Of a stretch of 64,000 nucleotides of DNA, positions 39,934 through 53,322 are shown piece by piece. The notes under the pieces were generated by a model that ran no database searches, had not been told where the DNA came from, and saw only the letters and a program-made list of their open reading frames with translations. The position numbers were made by a program, and so were the translations under genes. The first letter of the stretch is position 1, and every line of letters starts with the position of its first letter. Origin of the DNA: Eledone cirrhosa (taxonomy: Eukaryota); NCBI GenBank assembly GCA_964016885.1, contig OZ024753.1, positions 8,122,001-8,186,000 on the forward strand, read 5' to 3'.

Positions 39934-40620
39934 CATCATTTCATTTTCATTTTACGTTCGCTTTTCCCTGCTTGCAAGGGTGGGACAGGAACTGATTCTG
40001 GCTTGATTTCTACAGCTGGATGCCCTGCCTAACACCAACCTCATTTACAGTGAGTGCTGGGTGCTTTTTTGGCTGTGGCACCTCCACGACCACTTTGCAG
40101 TGGAATGATATGGACCCCAGTCTCATTTCTACAGCTGAGTAAACCGGAGCAACGTGAAATAAAGTGTCTTGCTCAAGGAAACAACACATGACCCGGTCTG
40201 AGAATTGAACTCACAACCTTTCGAGTGCAAGCCCAATGCTCTAACCACTATATATATATATATATAGAGGCACATGGCTTAGTGGTTAGAGCATTGGCCT
40301 TGCAATCGAAAGGTTGTGAGTTCAAAAAAAAATATATATATATATCTCAGTGATGTGTTGTTTCCTTGAGCAAGACACTTTATTTCACATTGCTCCAGTT
40401 TACTCAGCTGTAGAAATGAGATGATAGGGACTGGGGTCCCTATCATTCCACTGCAAAGTGGTCGTGAAGGTGCCACGGCAAAAAAGCACCCAGCACTCAC
40501 TGTAAATGAGGTTGGTGTTAGGAAGGGCATCCAGCTGTAGAAATCAAGCCAGAATCAGTTCCCGTCCCACCCTTGCAAGCAGGGAAAAGTGGACGTAAAA
40601 TGAAATGATGATGATGATGA
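39934..40620. mobile_element. Head-to-head inverted pair of family B SINEs separated by ~18 bp of (TA)n
   Basis: 39934-40249 minus and 40267-40620 plus. Confidence 0.92.
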
Positions 40621-40737
40621 TATATATATTTTTTTATTTATATTTATATAAGCAGAAGGGATACTTTCCAGGGATAACTTGAACCATTAAGGTATATTAT
40701 CCTTGGTTATGTCAAATATTTATAAAACATTTTGTAT

Positions 40738-40792
40738 TTTATCTGATGATAGCGTACCAAAATATTGGTACTCTTGAAATATATATAATAGA
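40738..40792 (+). ncRNA. Type I hammerhead ribozyme motif
   Basis: TTTAT-CTGATGA-t(AG.GTACCAA/TTGGTAC.CT)t-GAAA-tatataTA-ATAGA followed by AATAAA; homologous island inverted at 47040-47200. Confidence 0.8.
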
Positions 40793-42384
40793 ATAAATAT
40801 GGTTTTATAAATATGGTTTCCATTTATTTAATATCAATGTATATATTTATATATTAATTTGTGTATATACACAGTTGCTAAGTATTTCACTACCTCCTTA
40901 CGGACAACAGATGCTGCACACCAAGTCCGAATACAGAGGAACTGACCTCCCGCTGTCATCGCCTCCATCTTTATCAGCTTCCCTATCTCTCACATGTACA
41001 CCAGGTCCAAACATGGAAGAGCCAAACTCCCACTGTCATCGCCCCCATCTCTCTCACTCTTCCCCCATTTCTTAATATTTTGGCTGTTCTGCTTTTTTAC
41101 CCCCCATTGCAACTTTAATTATATAGTTTCCCACTATAATATGCTTCAGACATTCTAATTTTATGATTTCGAGTTCTTCTTCATTAGATTTTCTTGCTTT
41201 CTCTCAAACATACAAATTCTGTGTCCTAATTAGGTAGATATTGCTCTGTTGAGTGTTGTGTACATTTAGACATTTTTTCAAGTTAAGTATCATAAAGTAA
41301 TGATAAATGTTCAATGAGAGAAATTTGTGATTTATATTGATGATTACTTTTGTTTATTTTTTAAATTTTTTTTCTTCTTGAAGCCATTCATATATGTTGT
41401 AAATACTTTGAAATATTTGAAAGCTATGACTTATAGCACGACATTGTTTTCTTTAGAGAAATTTCTTGTAAGTCGTTTGATATTTAATCTACGCCATGAT
41501 AATACATTTCACAGCATTAAAGTGTTATTCAATTAAGTATATAAAGGAAGAAAGGAAGAAAAAATAATGGGAAGCAGAAGTTCAGACAATTCACACGAAG
41601 CACTTTAAAATTTGAACTTTAATCTTTATAGAAATGTTTATAAGTTTCTTTTGTTATTTGCCATGCAAATTTATTTCTTTTATGTACCATTACTATTATT
41701 ATTATTATTATTATTGCTATTATTCATTTTCGTATCTTATATTCACAAGAAAGCAAATCTAATTACAAAGATCTTATGAATAATTATGAGTGCTTCAGCA
41801 GATATTTTCATCAATATAATGGCTTTATTCCATGTTTGTTACAAAAGTCAAACTCACTAATATACTAGTAAAGAGAACTTTATATTCTTTCTTTATTGTT
41901 CATTCAAGATGAGTTATCTAGAAAGAAGCTTGCTGAGATCAACCAGATCTGCTAGCAATTTTACTTGTAACAATTTATATCTTAACTGTTCAATGCTATC
42001 AAATATTGAGATTAAATCACAGTTTTGTAATGCTTTGAACTTGCCGTCTTGGTATTCTGATACCAACTGTTTGACTATAACCTGCCATCCCAGTATTCCA
42101 TTCTGCCATGCACCTCTGCTTACTACTATGGTGTATACAGTTTTCTGCATGGACCAGCAGTTGTTTTACATCTTTACTTAAGTCTGAATTCTTTGCTAAA
42201 GTTATTTACCAAGGATGTTAACAGTCCACAGATATTCTACCACATATCATATGTGAAGTTTAGATTATAACTTCAGTTGATGTTGCTTGATTCATTTCAA
42301 ATAAAGATGACAATGCAATTGTCACCACTGCCTTCACACACAGCCATCAATATTTAACATCTATTTTCCATGTTTGGAAGCGAT

Positions 42385-42687
42385 GGAGGCACATGGCTTA
42401 GTGGTTAGAGCATTGGCCTTGCAATCGAAAGGTTGTGAGTTCAATTCTCAGACCGGGTGATGTGTTGTTTCCTTGAGCAAGACACTTTATTTCACATTGC
42501 TCCAGTTTACTCAGCTGCAAAGTGGTCGTGGAGGTGCCACGGCAAAAAAGCACCCAGCCCACACTGTAAACGAGGTTGGTGTTAGGAAGGGCATCCATCT
42601 GTAGAAATCAAGCCAGAATCAGTTCCGTTCCCACCCTTGCAAGCAGGGAAAAGTGGACGTAAATGAAATGATGATGATGATGATGAT
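42385..42687 (+). mobile_element. SINE family B with internal deletion
   Basis: Head, CORE-like segment and tail match; the segment between CAGCTG and CAAAGTGG is missing. Confidence 0.9.
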
Positions 42688-43152
42688 CAGAGTGGCTTCT
42701 ATGACTGCTCCACACTTGCTCAATCCACAAAATTGGTCCAGTTAAGGAAGAACGCATTGTCCATTTTTGTTTTGCATTTAAAATAGAGTACTAACCCTGA
42801 AATATACTGGGGAAAAAACATCACTTTGTTTTGTTTTATTTGTCATCCTTTGCCCCTTTGAAATACGGGAGACAAATCTGGCTTGAAATCTGTCATGCAG
42901 CAGATTGAGCACTGTTTTCCTTGATCTTTCATCTATGGATTTCTAGACACACACACACACACATATATATTACCATATTCTGTCTTTTTATCTCTTCTTA
43001 TCTCTTTCCCTCTCTATCTTAAAGACACTCATGTGGCCCACATGTTTCCTACCTATTCTTGTCTTATTTACCCTCATGGATCACCGGGACCTTTTATATC
43101 TTGCATCACACTACTGGATTACCACCAACACACTGGGAGATTCTAACAATGA

Positions 43153-43189
<37 letters not shown>

Positions 43190-43359
43190 GTGTATGTCTG
43201 TGTGCGTGCGCGTGTGTATGTGTGTGTGCGCATGCATAGGTGTGAAAAGGAAAAGCAAAACAGTGCTCACTCGAAAAAAGAGTAGAAATATCTGGGCCTT
43301 GATAGCACTTTTGTTGGGTAGTGCTTTTGTTTTATGTATGGACATAAATGAATAATATA

Positions 43360-43392
<33 letters not shown>

Positions 43393-43564
43393 TATAAGCA
43401 AAACTCATTGGGAAAATCCAGGGATCCGAAAATATATCCAAGTGGAGGTTCAGGTAGAGTCCAAGTAAAAATCCAATTCCAGGGTGAAAATCCAATGTAG
43501 GAATCCAACGAATTACATATATACATACATACACACATACATACACATATATTTATACATACAT

Positions 43565-43870
43565 GATGGCTGCAAACTCTGCTAAGAGTATTGCAATCGC
43601 TTGGCCGATTATAGAGTTTGGGGCAGTTTTAGGCTACGAACAGCCTCACGAACCTGTAACAGATCCTGAACAAGCAATGGCTGAGCTTTGAAGGTTTTTT
43701 TTAAGTGGGGAAAGGCCTTAAACCCGACCAATCCCACTCTCTGAGCATCGAAAACTCTACCCAAAAAGAACTGGTCAACATCATTGGATGATTCTGAAGT
43801 TGCTGGTGTTTTTTCAGAGTTTCCCTCTCTTAGAAAGGTGTTGTGACAACAACTGGGGCCTTTCACTCCC
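43565..43870 (-). mobile_element. Bipartite non-autonomous RTE-like element
   Basis: Reverse complement of 20909-21218; flanked by (CATA)n. Confidence 0.65.
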
Positions 43871-43884
43871 AACATACATACATA

Positions 43885-44061
43885 CCGTATTTCCTGGCAT
43901 CAAAGACCCTACTCTTTTCCTAAAATAAGTCTTGAAAATCTACCAGCGTCCTGGAGGCTGAAGGCTGCATTTTTTATGTTTATTATTTTTTTTCTAATTT
44001 TTGGTTGTCAAAATTAGTGTGCATCCTTGAGGACGGAGCATCTCTGATGCCAGGAATACGG
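43885..44061. mobile_element. Tc2/pogo-like MITE
   Basis: TA|CCGTATTTCCTGGCATCA ... TGATGCCAGGAATACGG|TA. Confidence 0.88.
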
Positions 44062-44117
44062 TACATACATACATATATACATACATGCATGCATGCATAC
44101 ATACATACATATATACA

Positions 44118-44402
44118 TAGTGGCTGCCAACTCGTTTTCGAGTATGGCCACTACTTTATATCCATGTAGGAGAACCCCTACCGATGCGCTGAACGAGTGT
44201 GACTTTTTAATCCAGCCAGCGACTTGAAAACTCTGGTACAAACACTACACTTGTGACAATTATTGACACATAGTGCTGGGCCCATGGCACCATGTGACGA
44301 CAAGTGCAGAGAGATCTCCAGATATAAAGCAATGCCTGTGCCGTGAAGCTTTTATAGTGAGCAAAGGCACTGCACAAAGCCAGTCCCACTCTCTTAACCA
44401 AG
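44118..44402 (-). mobile_element. Non-autonomous RTE derivative with C2H2 finger
   Basis: Longer copy of 11626-11871; CSVCTRVFKSLAGLKSHTRSAHR*. Confidence 0.75.
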
Positions 44403-45367
44403 ATATATACATACATGCATGAATACATACATGCATGAATACATACATGCATGTATACCTATATACATACATACATGCAGAGAGTGAGAAGAATATTTTT
44501 GACGGTAGTTATATTTATAAATTATTGTTCCTGATCCTGGGTGTTCTTTTTAAAGTGGAGAGAAGGATAGGGAGAAAGAAAGAAAAAGGGAGGTTGATGA
44601 AAAATCTTTCTTCATCATTGAATGGATGTTGAAATAAAATCTAAAAAAAAAAAAAAAAAATAGTAAAAGTCTAAAAAAAATACACAGAGAAAAAAAAGTA
44701 AATCATTAATATTCCTATTGCAAGTCTGATTTAATTTGGAACTTGCTAAATTATGGAAATCAATCTATTCAGTAGAATTAATGTTTGTAAAGATAAGGGT
44801 ATGATGACATTTGGTCGTGTAATTAATTGCATATATAGAAAATAATCACTCTTAAGAAACTACTATGTAAATAGAGAGAAAATATATAATATCAAAAGGC
44901 AAGAAAATAACAATAATCATTAATTTCTTTTTTGTTTTGTTTTTGATTTTTTGTTGATTTTTTGTTGATTTTTTGTTGATTTTTTTTTGTTGATTTTTTG
45001 TTGATTTTTTGTTGTTGATTTTTTTGTTGTTGTTTTTGGTTGTTGTTGATGTTTTTGTTGTTTTTTTAGACTTTCCCTTTTGTCTTATGACTTTTTCTCT
45101 TCTTATTTATTATTTATTCTCTTCCTGTTGTTTGTTGTCATTTTTTCTCTCTCTTCTTTCCCATCATCATTATTATTATTATTAGAAACTTCTTTTGAAT
45201 TCTGCTTCTTTCCCAAATCACACTGAGGTTAGCTCTGTCTTTCATCCTTACAGGGATACGATAAAATTAAGCACCAGTAACGTACTGGGGGTTGATTTAA
45301 TCAACCATTCCCCTCTCCCAAAAGTGTTGGCTTTGGGCCCATAATAGAAATTTTTATTATTATTATT

Positions 45368-45647
45368 GGAGTCCCAGTCATTGATGTTATTTAATTGGAA
45401 AGTTGGTTCAAATGAAGATGAAGCCGCTACCTGCAACCTCAGACATTCAGGATGTATCGGAGGGTTCTTGCTGTTCCCAGCAATCATGCCTTTTGAAGTG
45501 TTACAAAAAAGGGGGCTGGACTAATGCTCTTTAACCATCCTTGAAAACTCTTTGAGATAGTACCTAGTGCTCCTATGACAATCAGGACAACCTTGATCTC
45601 ATGGCAGTCCCAAATCCTTTTTAACTCCCACTTTAAATCCTGGTATC
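45368..45647 (-). mobile_element. R4/Dong-clade (RLE) LINE 3' fragment in (TAA)n
   Basis: YQDLKWELKRIWDCHEIKVVLIVIGALGTISK...LQKA*LLGTARTLRYIL; ends in AATAATAAT, the known Dong target. Confidence 0.85.
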
Positions 45648-45674
45648 AGTTAATTTTCTCCTTTTATTATTAGG

Positions 45675-45862
45675 AGGGCGGGGGATTGGCAGTATCAGTA
45701 GAGTGTCGGACGCCATGATTTCCAGCATAGTTACGTCCCTTTACGGTCTGAGTTCAAATCCTGCCAAAGTTAACTCTGCCTTTCATCCTTACGGGGTCGA
45801 TAAAATAAAGTACCAGTAAGGACTTGGTAATTGCTGGCCTTGTGCCAAAAGTAGAAACAATT
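45675..45862 (+). mobile_element. SINE family A
   Basis: Family match. Confidence 0.88.
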
Positions 45863-45879
45863 CTTCTTCTTATTATTAT

Positions 45880-46251
45880 TATTAACTTTTTCAAATTTCA
45901 TTTAAAAAGGAAAATCAGGGTAGAAAGGAAAGTGCTCTCTTCCCAGCATTTTGTTGAAAGATGGGTGAGAGAGGCAAGAATGGCCCGAGTATGTGTCTGT
46001 AAATTAAAGGTGGAAAACTGGGACAGGGCACTTGCCCTGGTGGTCAGGGTCACTGTGGCTTTTTAATGGGCTTTCTCCACGAATGTCCCTCGGAAGTCTC
46101 CCCCCTATTGGGGAATTTTTTCATTGTTCTATTATTACATCCTCTGTTTCTTGTTTTTTACATGCAGAAATGCCCATTTGTACCGCCCTCTATTGTCCTG
46201 TACTGTCCTTAATGTCTACTTTATGTAGACCCTTGTGGTTAATAAAGAAGG

Positions 46252-46308
<57 letters not shown>

Positions 46309-46310
46309 CA
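45880..46310 (+). mobile_element. Tx1/L1-like LINE 3' end with AATAAA and (ATT)n tail
   Basis: NFFKFHLKRKIRVERKVLSSQHFVERW followed by a pyrimidine-rich UTR ending CCCTTGTGGTTAATAAAG; similar UTR end at 59725-59812. Confidence 0.6.
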
Positions 46311-47095
46311 TTATGTATTTTTCTCTTGTGTGTTGTTGATGGACCAGATATTCTTCAGGCAGTATTCTATAATATGATGTCCTTCTTGGTGCCAAATCTC
46401 ACTGGTTCATTAATCTGTGCATTTGTGTGTATATGTGAATGTTTTGTGTGTGTTTTTATTCAACTAAGATACATATTTAATTGAATTTTATTTGTTGATT
46501 TGGTGGGACATATTGTTTATGAATGACATAAACTAATGTCACTGGCTGTCCATGAAGACATGTGTAGTGACACACAAGAACACAGAGACAATTGTGTACA
46601 TATATTTATATGATGGTACTCTGCAGATTCCATCTACCAAATTTCCCTCATAATCCATTAGTCATCCGAGGATTACGGCGCAACAGAGATATTTTAGATG
46701 TCACACTGTTGCATCAAATCTAAAAGAGGGGCCCTGTAAAGAAATGTTTTTAACAAAGCAGCCAAACCTGTATACTGAAATGATTAATTCCATTATTGGA
46801 AATTGAATCAGGGAAACCAAGGTGAAAGCTGGGAATGCTAGTCATACATAGGACGTCTGTGCATATATATATTATCATCATCATCGCTTAACATCCACTT
46901 TCCATGCTAGCATGGGTTAAATGGGTTGCGGGCTGGGTGCTTTTTGTCGTGACACCTACACAACCACTTTATAGTGTGGGCTGGTTGCTTTTTGTCATGA
47001 CTTCTACATGACCATATATACATACACATATATATATATATATATATACAATGATATTAAATAAATGGAAACTATATTTATAAAACCATATTTAT

Positions 47096-47152
47096 TTTAT
47101 TATATATATTTCAAGGGTACCAAAACACTTTGTTATGCTTTCCTCAGATAAA
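47096..47152 (-). ncRNA. Type I hammerhead ribozyme motif
   Basis: Minus: TTTAT-CTGAGGA-aag...ctt-GAAA-tatataTA-ATAAA; paralog of 40738-40792. Confidence 0.72.
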
Positions 47153-47256
47153 ATACAAAGTTTGTTTTATAAATAGAGACATACCCTTCTACTTATCTAT
47201 ATATATATATACTGACGAAACATAAGTCAATTGCATGAACTCATAATCCTTTATTT

Positions 47257-47312
47257 ACTGCTATATATATTTCGATGATAGCCATTGAATGGCTATGACC
47301 TCATCAGGCAGT
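47257..47312 (-). ncRNA. Type I hammerhead ribozyme motif
   Basis: Minus: ACTGC-CTGATGA-GGTcATAGCCATtcaATGGCTATcATC-GAAA-tatataTA-GCAGT then AAATAAA; all three stems present. Confidence 0.85.
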
Positions 47313-48029
47313 TAGTCAGTTCTTAGATATGCCAGCTCTGTGTTTATAGTGTTGATGGTATCAGAGCCTTGGGACATATATATAGTGGTGGAACACTATG
47401 CATGTAAATATATATATATATATATATATACATGCATGTGTGTCTATGTGTATATATATGTTTGTAAATATGTTTGTAAATATGTGCTTATGTGAGTATG
47501 TATGTACATGGGTTAGATGGATATTACGATATCCTTCTAACCCATGAAAGCATGGGAAATAGACAGAAAACGGTGATGATGATGATGCTGGTGATAATTA
47601 ACTATTCTTAAAATCAACCTTATCTGTAATTCTGAACATTAAATATATGCTTAATTGTGCTAATAAATATTAAACAGAAAGAAGATAATGATGTACGCTG
47701 CTTAACCCTTGTATTGATGAAAGACTTTGCCTATAATATTAAAACTATTTTAAAAATAATCAAGGATATGGAATGATTTAGCAATATAATTAATTTTCTC
47801 ATTATTAAGCTGGTGTTTGAAATGTAACTTAACAATGGTTAATACATGAAATTATATAAGAATGTGTTTAGATAAATAGAATCATTTTCAAGCAAACAGT
47901 ATTGTATCAGAGAAGCAGGAGTGGCTTCAGACAGTTTATCAAAATTGTTAAAATTTGAATTAAAACAGAATTTTTCATCAGAAGATTCTAACTCAGTACA
48001 CATACACATACACACCCTATATATATATA

Positions 48030-48106
<77 letters not shown>

Positions 48107-48296
48107 GTACATATATATACATACATATATATAACAGATGTCAAAATTATACATCTATGAGATAATGTATATTGTCTGAAGAGGACCTATTCTGGTTTAT
48201 GTTAATCATAAAACTTTGCATCTTCAAAATATATATAATGAAATAAATAGAGATGATATAAAGTATATATCTTTCTTTTATTACTATTATTATCCT

Positions 48297-48330
<34 letters not shown>

Positions 48331-48467
48331 ATAATAATAATAATAATAATAATTGTTTCTTCTTTTGGCACAAGGCCAGCAATTACGCAGTACATTACTG
48401 GTACTTTATTTTATAATAGTAATAATAATAATAATGACGAGATATTAAATCTTCATTACATTTATTG

Positions 48468-48559
48468 AGGAGTGATGCATGTTTCGCAATTGAACAGCTC
48501 ATGGTTAGATCTGTACCGATCAGGCCCTGACTCTGGAATCTAAAGCTCCTCAGACTCCT
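48468..48559 (-). ncRNA. Type I hammerhead ribozyme motif, long loop II
   Basis: Minus: AGGAGT-CTGAGGA-GC...GC-GAAA-catgcaTC-ACTCCT then AATAAA; one mismatch in stem III. Confidence 0.72.
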
Positions 48560-50091
48560 GTTATGGTATACATATATAATTTACACATTTTTAAACCATT
48601 TTGATACCAAACTGGCTGAAACCAGCCCCAGTTCTATGAAACAAAAACAAAAAAAACACTCATTACAAATCATTTCTATTTAAATTTAAATCTTTCAATA
48701 TAATTTTCTAGAAGAATCATTTGTTACTATTTTAAGACTAAATTAATCAATAAATCTAATAAATCACTCAAAATTCTTTATTAATTAATTGATATAGAGT
48801 ATATTCATTACAAATATATTCTTAAAAGGGTTAAAATATATAAATATATTGTATAATGGAAGCAGCTAAATTATAAGAGTTAAATTATATGAATATTTTA
48901 CACAGTGTGAGAAACTGTGATGTCAATGCTAAGAGAAAATTACATTATACATATGTTAATCAATACAATGATTATATTTTAAAGTGAGTCAATAAAATGA
49001 TACATCTATTGAGGAATATCTTGGCTGTCACCTTCCAATGCGTGTGTATGTATGTGTGCATGTCTGCATAGTAGGTATGTATGTATATATGTAGGTGTAT
49101 GTATGTGTGTATATACAGAAATGTGGACATTCACAGGAATGTGCACATACATATAAACCCATCCATTGTTACAAATACAAATGCAGGCACAGATATATAC
49201 ACACATATATACACACTTACATACATAGATACATACATACAAACATGCCCATTTATAGAAATACATTTCAATGATATGTGTTTGTGTCTATATTGTATCT
49301 GTATTATTTTTGACCGTCGGTCAGTCAATGGCAACATTGAGGACCGAATAAATTAGATTACCGATATAACAGACACAGAAGCGAAAAGCGAAAACCAACC
49401 AAACAGTGAGTGTGTTCTGTTATTAATTCTGGCAATATTACACAAATATGACCCTCCCCAAGTATAACAATATTTGTTTAGACACACGATTTCATATAAA
49501 AAACCTCGCAAAACTATATATATATAATATATAAGAACAAATCAATAAATCTAATAAATTTTTCTCTTCGTTAATTTTCAAATTCTTTTAATTTATACAT
49601 TATCTTCCAACGGTTTTCAACCTCTCTATGTAAAACAATATATCTTTCTCAGTTATAAAAGCTATCTCTCTCTCTCTATCACCCATCTCTCCTCCTATCT
49701 CATCCTTCCTCATTATACTCCTCCCTCTCCACCTTCACTCTCATCTCCTCCTTTTTTTCATCCTTTCCAACCTCCCCCCCCCCCTCTAAATAAAATATTT
49801 TTCCCAATATCACACATCAATCTAAAACTACTTCTCATATGTTGATTTAAAACTGAACTATCCACAAGTGTTTTTTAACCTTCATATCATGTCCTCCTGT
49901 TTTATCTGATGAAAACACAAATATTATTGCATGATGATGTTTGTTTTTGAAATGCGCATAATAAAATACATGGAACTCCTTTAACCATCTTTTGATCTTA
50001 TATATTATGTATACTTCAGTCCTACAAACTGTAGAGTGCTTCTTATCCGATATCTGCATTGCTTTATTGTACTACAATAAAACTCACCTCC

Positions 50092-50141
<50 letters not shown>

Positions 50142-50208
50142 CATACATACCCATTTATAGAAATACACTATATATATATGTATGTATGTGTGTGTATATG
50201 TATATATT

Positions 50209-50251
<43 letters not shown>

Positions 50252-50267
50252 CTATTTATATATATAC

Positions 50268-50600
50268 CATCATCATTATCATCATTTTACATCCGCTTTT
50301 TCCCTGCTTGCAAGGGTGGGACGGGAACTGATTCTGGCTTGATTTCTACAGCTGGATGCCCTTCCTAACACCAACCTCATTTACAGTGAGTGCTGGGTGC
50401 TTTTTTGCTGTGGCACCTCCACGACCACTTTGCAGTGGAATGATAGGGACCCCAGACCCCATCATCTCATTTCTACAGCTGAGTAAACTGGAGCAATGTA
50501 AAATAAAGTGTCTTGCTCAAGGAAACAACACATCACCTGGTCTGAGAATTGAACTCACAACCTTTCGATTGCAAGGCCGATGCTCTAACCACTAAGCCAT
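50268..50600 (-). mobile_element. SINE family B
   Basis: Full-length reverse-complement match, inside a (TA)n tract. Confidence 0.92.
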
Positions 50601-50634
50601 ATATATGTGTGTGTATGTGTGTGTATATGTATAC

Positions 50635-50688
<54 letters not shown>

Positions 50689-51270
50689 ATATGCATGTGT
50701 ATATATGTATTGTATGAGTCAATGTGAGGAGAATACAATATAGCTTTATATTAATTTATAAACTTTATCTTGGGTAAATATACATCATGTAAATTACACA
50801 CACTTGATATGTGAGTCATATTCCCATGTGTCTATAAACACAGTCACTGTATTATAGATATATTTATATAGATATATATTGCACTGAAACAGCTGTTGGA
50901 GTAAAGACTATGTGTCAATAAAGTATATTACCAAATATATCTCTATTATATTTCAACTGTAATAACACACACGCATGCACACACAGACACATATACACAC
51001 ACACAGACACATATACACACACACACACACACATACAAACACACACACACTCACATACACCCCACACACGCACATACACACATACAAACACGCACACACA
51101 CAGACACACACACATACAAACACACGCACACACACACAGAGACACACACACACAACCACACACACTCACACAAACACACTCACACACACACACATAGTTT
51201 GCGCAGAGCAGAGTATAATACTATAAGTATAAGGATACTATAAGTATCGGAGACGAAATTATATACAAAT

Positions 51271-51360
51271 TATATCTGACGATCTTTCAATTACTGAGTC
51301 AGGTTCGATCTATAATAGGTCTTGCCTCGAGCTGATTGATAGTGAAACATATGTAATATG
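51271..51360 (+). ncRNA. Type I hammerhead ribozyme motif, long stem II
   Basis: TATAT-CTGACGA-tCTTTCAATTA...TGATTGATAGt-GAAA-catatgTA-ATATG; palindromic stem III ACATATGT, GUA site, ATTAAA downstream. Confidence 0.75.
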
Positions 51361-51407
51361 TGATTAAATATGTTATGATGCAACACTGAATCCTTGTTCC
51401 TAACCTT

Positions 51408-51452
<45 letters not shown>

Positions 51453-51459
<7 letters not shown>

Positions 51460-51650
51460 ATGTATAGATGGCTTCTACAGGACTAGAACTGTTTCATTCG
51501 GGACAAATCATCAGGTCTTCCTGATGATTTCTCCCGAATGAAACAATTCTAGTCCTGTAGAAGCCATTTCTATATTATATATTTATACCTCTGCTATGTA
51601 TTGAGTACCTTACTTACTGTGGTTACCCCTGATTGAACCCAGGATAAACT
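51453..51650. mobile_element. Fold-back element whose 48-bp arms each contain a hammerhead-like core
   Basis: Arms 51468-51515 and 51520-51567; CTGATGA...GAAA on both strands; between (TA)n tracts. Confidence 0.78.
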
Positions 51651-51766
51651 TATATATATATATATAATGCGATAAAATATCAATGATGGTTGGAAAATCA
51701 CTGACGAAGAACTATTTTTATCATATGTAACCCATGTGCAACCACACAGTATTCTTCTTTCTTCTC

Positions 51767-51803
<37 letters not shown>

Positions 51804-51808
<5 letters not shown>

Positions 51809-52003
51809 AACCAGTAAGACCCCGACAGCTGAGCTCAAGCCGTTTCGACGGCTAATTCTGGACTCAGTCCAGAATTAGCCGTCGAAACGGCTTGAGCTCA
51901 GCTGTCGGGGTCTTACTGGTTCCTATTACCCACTCTACTACCTCAAGTATTGAGTACTTTGGTGCGTTATGGTCCACCTGGTTCCTTACCACATTTCCTT
52001 CGT
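51804..52003. mobile_element. Fold-back element with perfect 61-bp arms in (TA)n
   Basis: 51804-51864 is the exact reverse complement of 51866-51926; homolog of 18716-18925. Confidence 0.88.
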
Positions 52004-52566
52004 TATATATATATATATATATATAATAGATAAGAGTGATGGTTTTATTCGTAAATCTTCATTTTATTGTCTAATTCGTTATATGTAGGGTAGTTATATA
52101 ATAACCACCTTACACGTTCTCTTCAGACGAATCGTGATGTAATTTTCCATTGATATGTTGCTAGTCCAATGTGTTGTTAACCTCGCAAACAAGTACTCAT
52201 ATATATATACATATATATTTTTCATTGAACATCTGAGAAAGCCAGATTCCAGTAATATGGTTTTTTGGTGCATAATTATATAATACGTATTTCTATGGCT
52301 GGTTTACATTATGTGGTCATGATGCAAAACAATTGATGATGTCATCAGATGTTTATAATATGTGTAATTGGAATGTCAGTACTGTAACTGTGGCTACAGT
52401 ATCATAGTATGACCAGCCAAATAATGTGTAATTAGATGGTCAGAACTCTAACTAATACTACAGGGTCACACTTTGGCTTGTTATATAATTTGTACTGTAA
52501 CTATGACTACAGGGTTACACTATGAACAGTTATATAATGTGTGTTATTAGAAGATCAGTGGTTTAA

Positions 52567-53322
52567 CCCTTTAGCATTTACATATACAGTCCTATACGAG
52601 CGAGACACGGTCACCCGATCAATCTTGCCTCAAGTGGGACAATTCCCGTCTAACCCATGCTAGCATGAAAGATAGACGCTAAACGATGATGATGATTATT
52701 ATTATTCTATATTTACTATTGCTTTTTCCACAGTAAACACTTAATTTGACATAATTATCTCTTATAGTATGGAATCTATGAGATATTGATGATATTTATT
52801 TTGAGAACATTACCTTAACATCAGTACAAGTGGCTGGTTACAGCCAGTTTAACCCTTTAGCTTTTAAACTAGCCATATCCGGCCAGAGTTCTCTCACCTC
52901 TTTCTGTTCAAACTGGCTGTAACTGGCCACTCATACCGATGTTAAGGTATTGTTCTCAGAATAAACAAAATCAAAATCTCATAGATTCATATTATGTGGG
53001 ATAATTATGTGACATAAAGCCATTATCATGAAAATATAATTGTTTCTACTTTTTGCACAAGGTCAGCAATTACCCAGTGTATTACTAGTACTTTATTTTA
53101 TCGACCCCGTAAGGATGAAAGGCAAAGTTAACCTTGGCGGGATTTGAACTCAGAATGGCAAGGGCCGTAATTCTATGCATCAAAGCATGGAGTCCGACCC
53201 GCTACCGATACTGCCAATCCACCTATATACTCATAAATATAGTGTAATGTAAATGCTAAAGGGTTAAACAGAAAGAGGTGAGAGAACTCTCACCAGATAT
53301 GGCCAGTTTAAATGCTAAAGGG
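52567..53322. mobile_element. piggyBac-like MITE containing an inverted copy of itself (52853-53263), an RTE tail and a SINE
   Basis: TTAA duplicated at 52849-52852 and 53264-53267; outer termini at 52567 and 53322; RTE tail 52586-52697; family A SINE 53038-53223. Confidence 0.88.

Noticed and set aside
41909-42181. Overlapping 78-90-aa ORFs in unique sequence
   Set aside because: No recognisable domain or convincing splice sites; possibly a decayed element.
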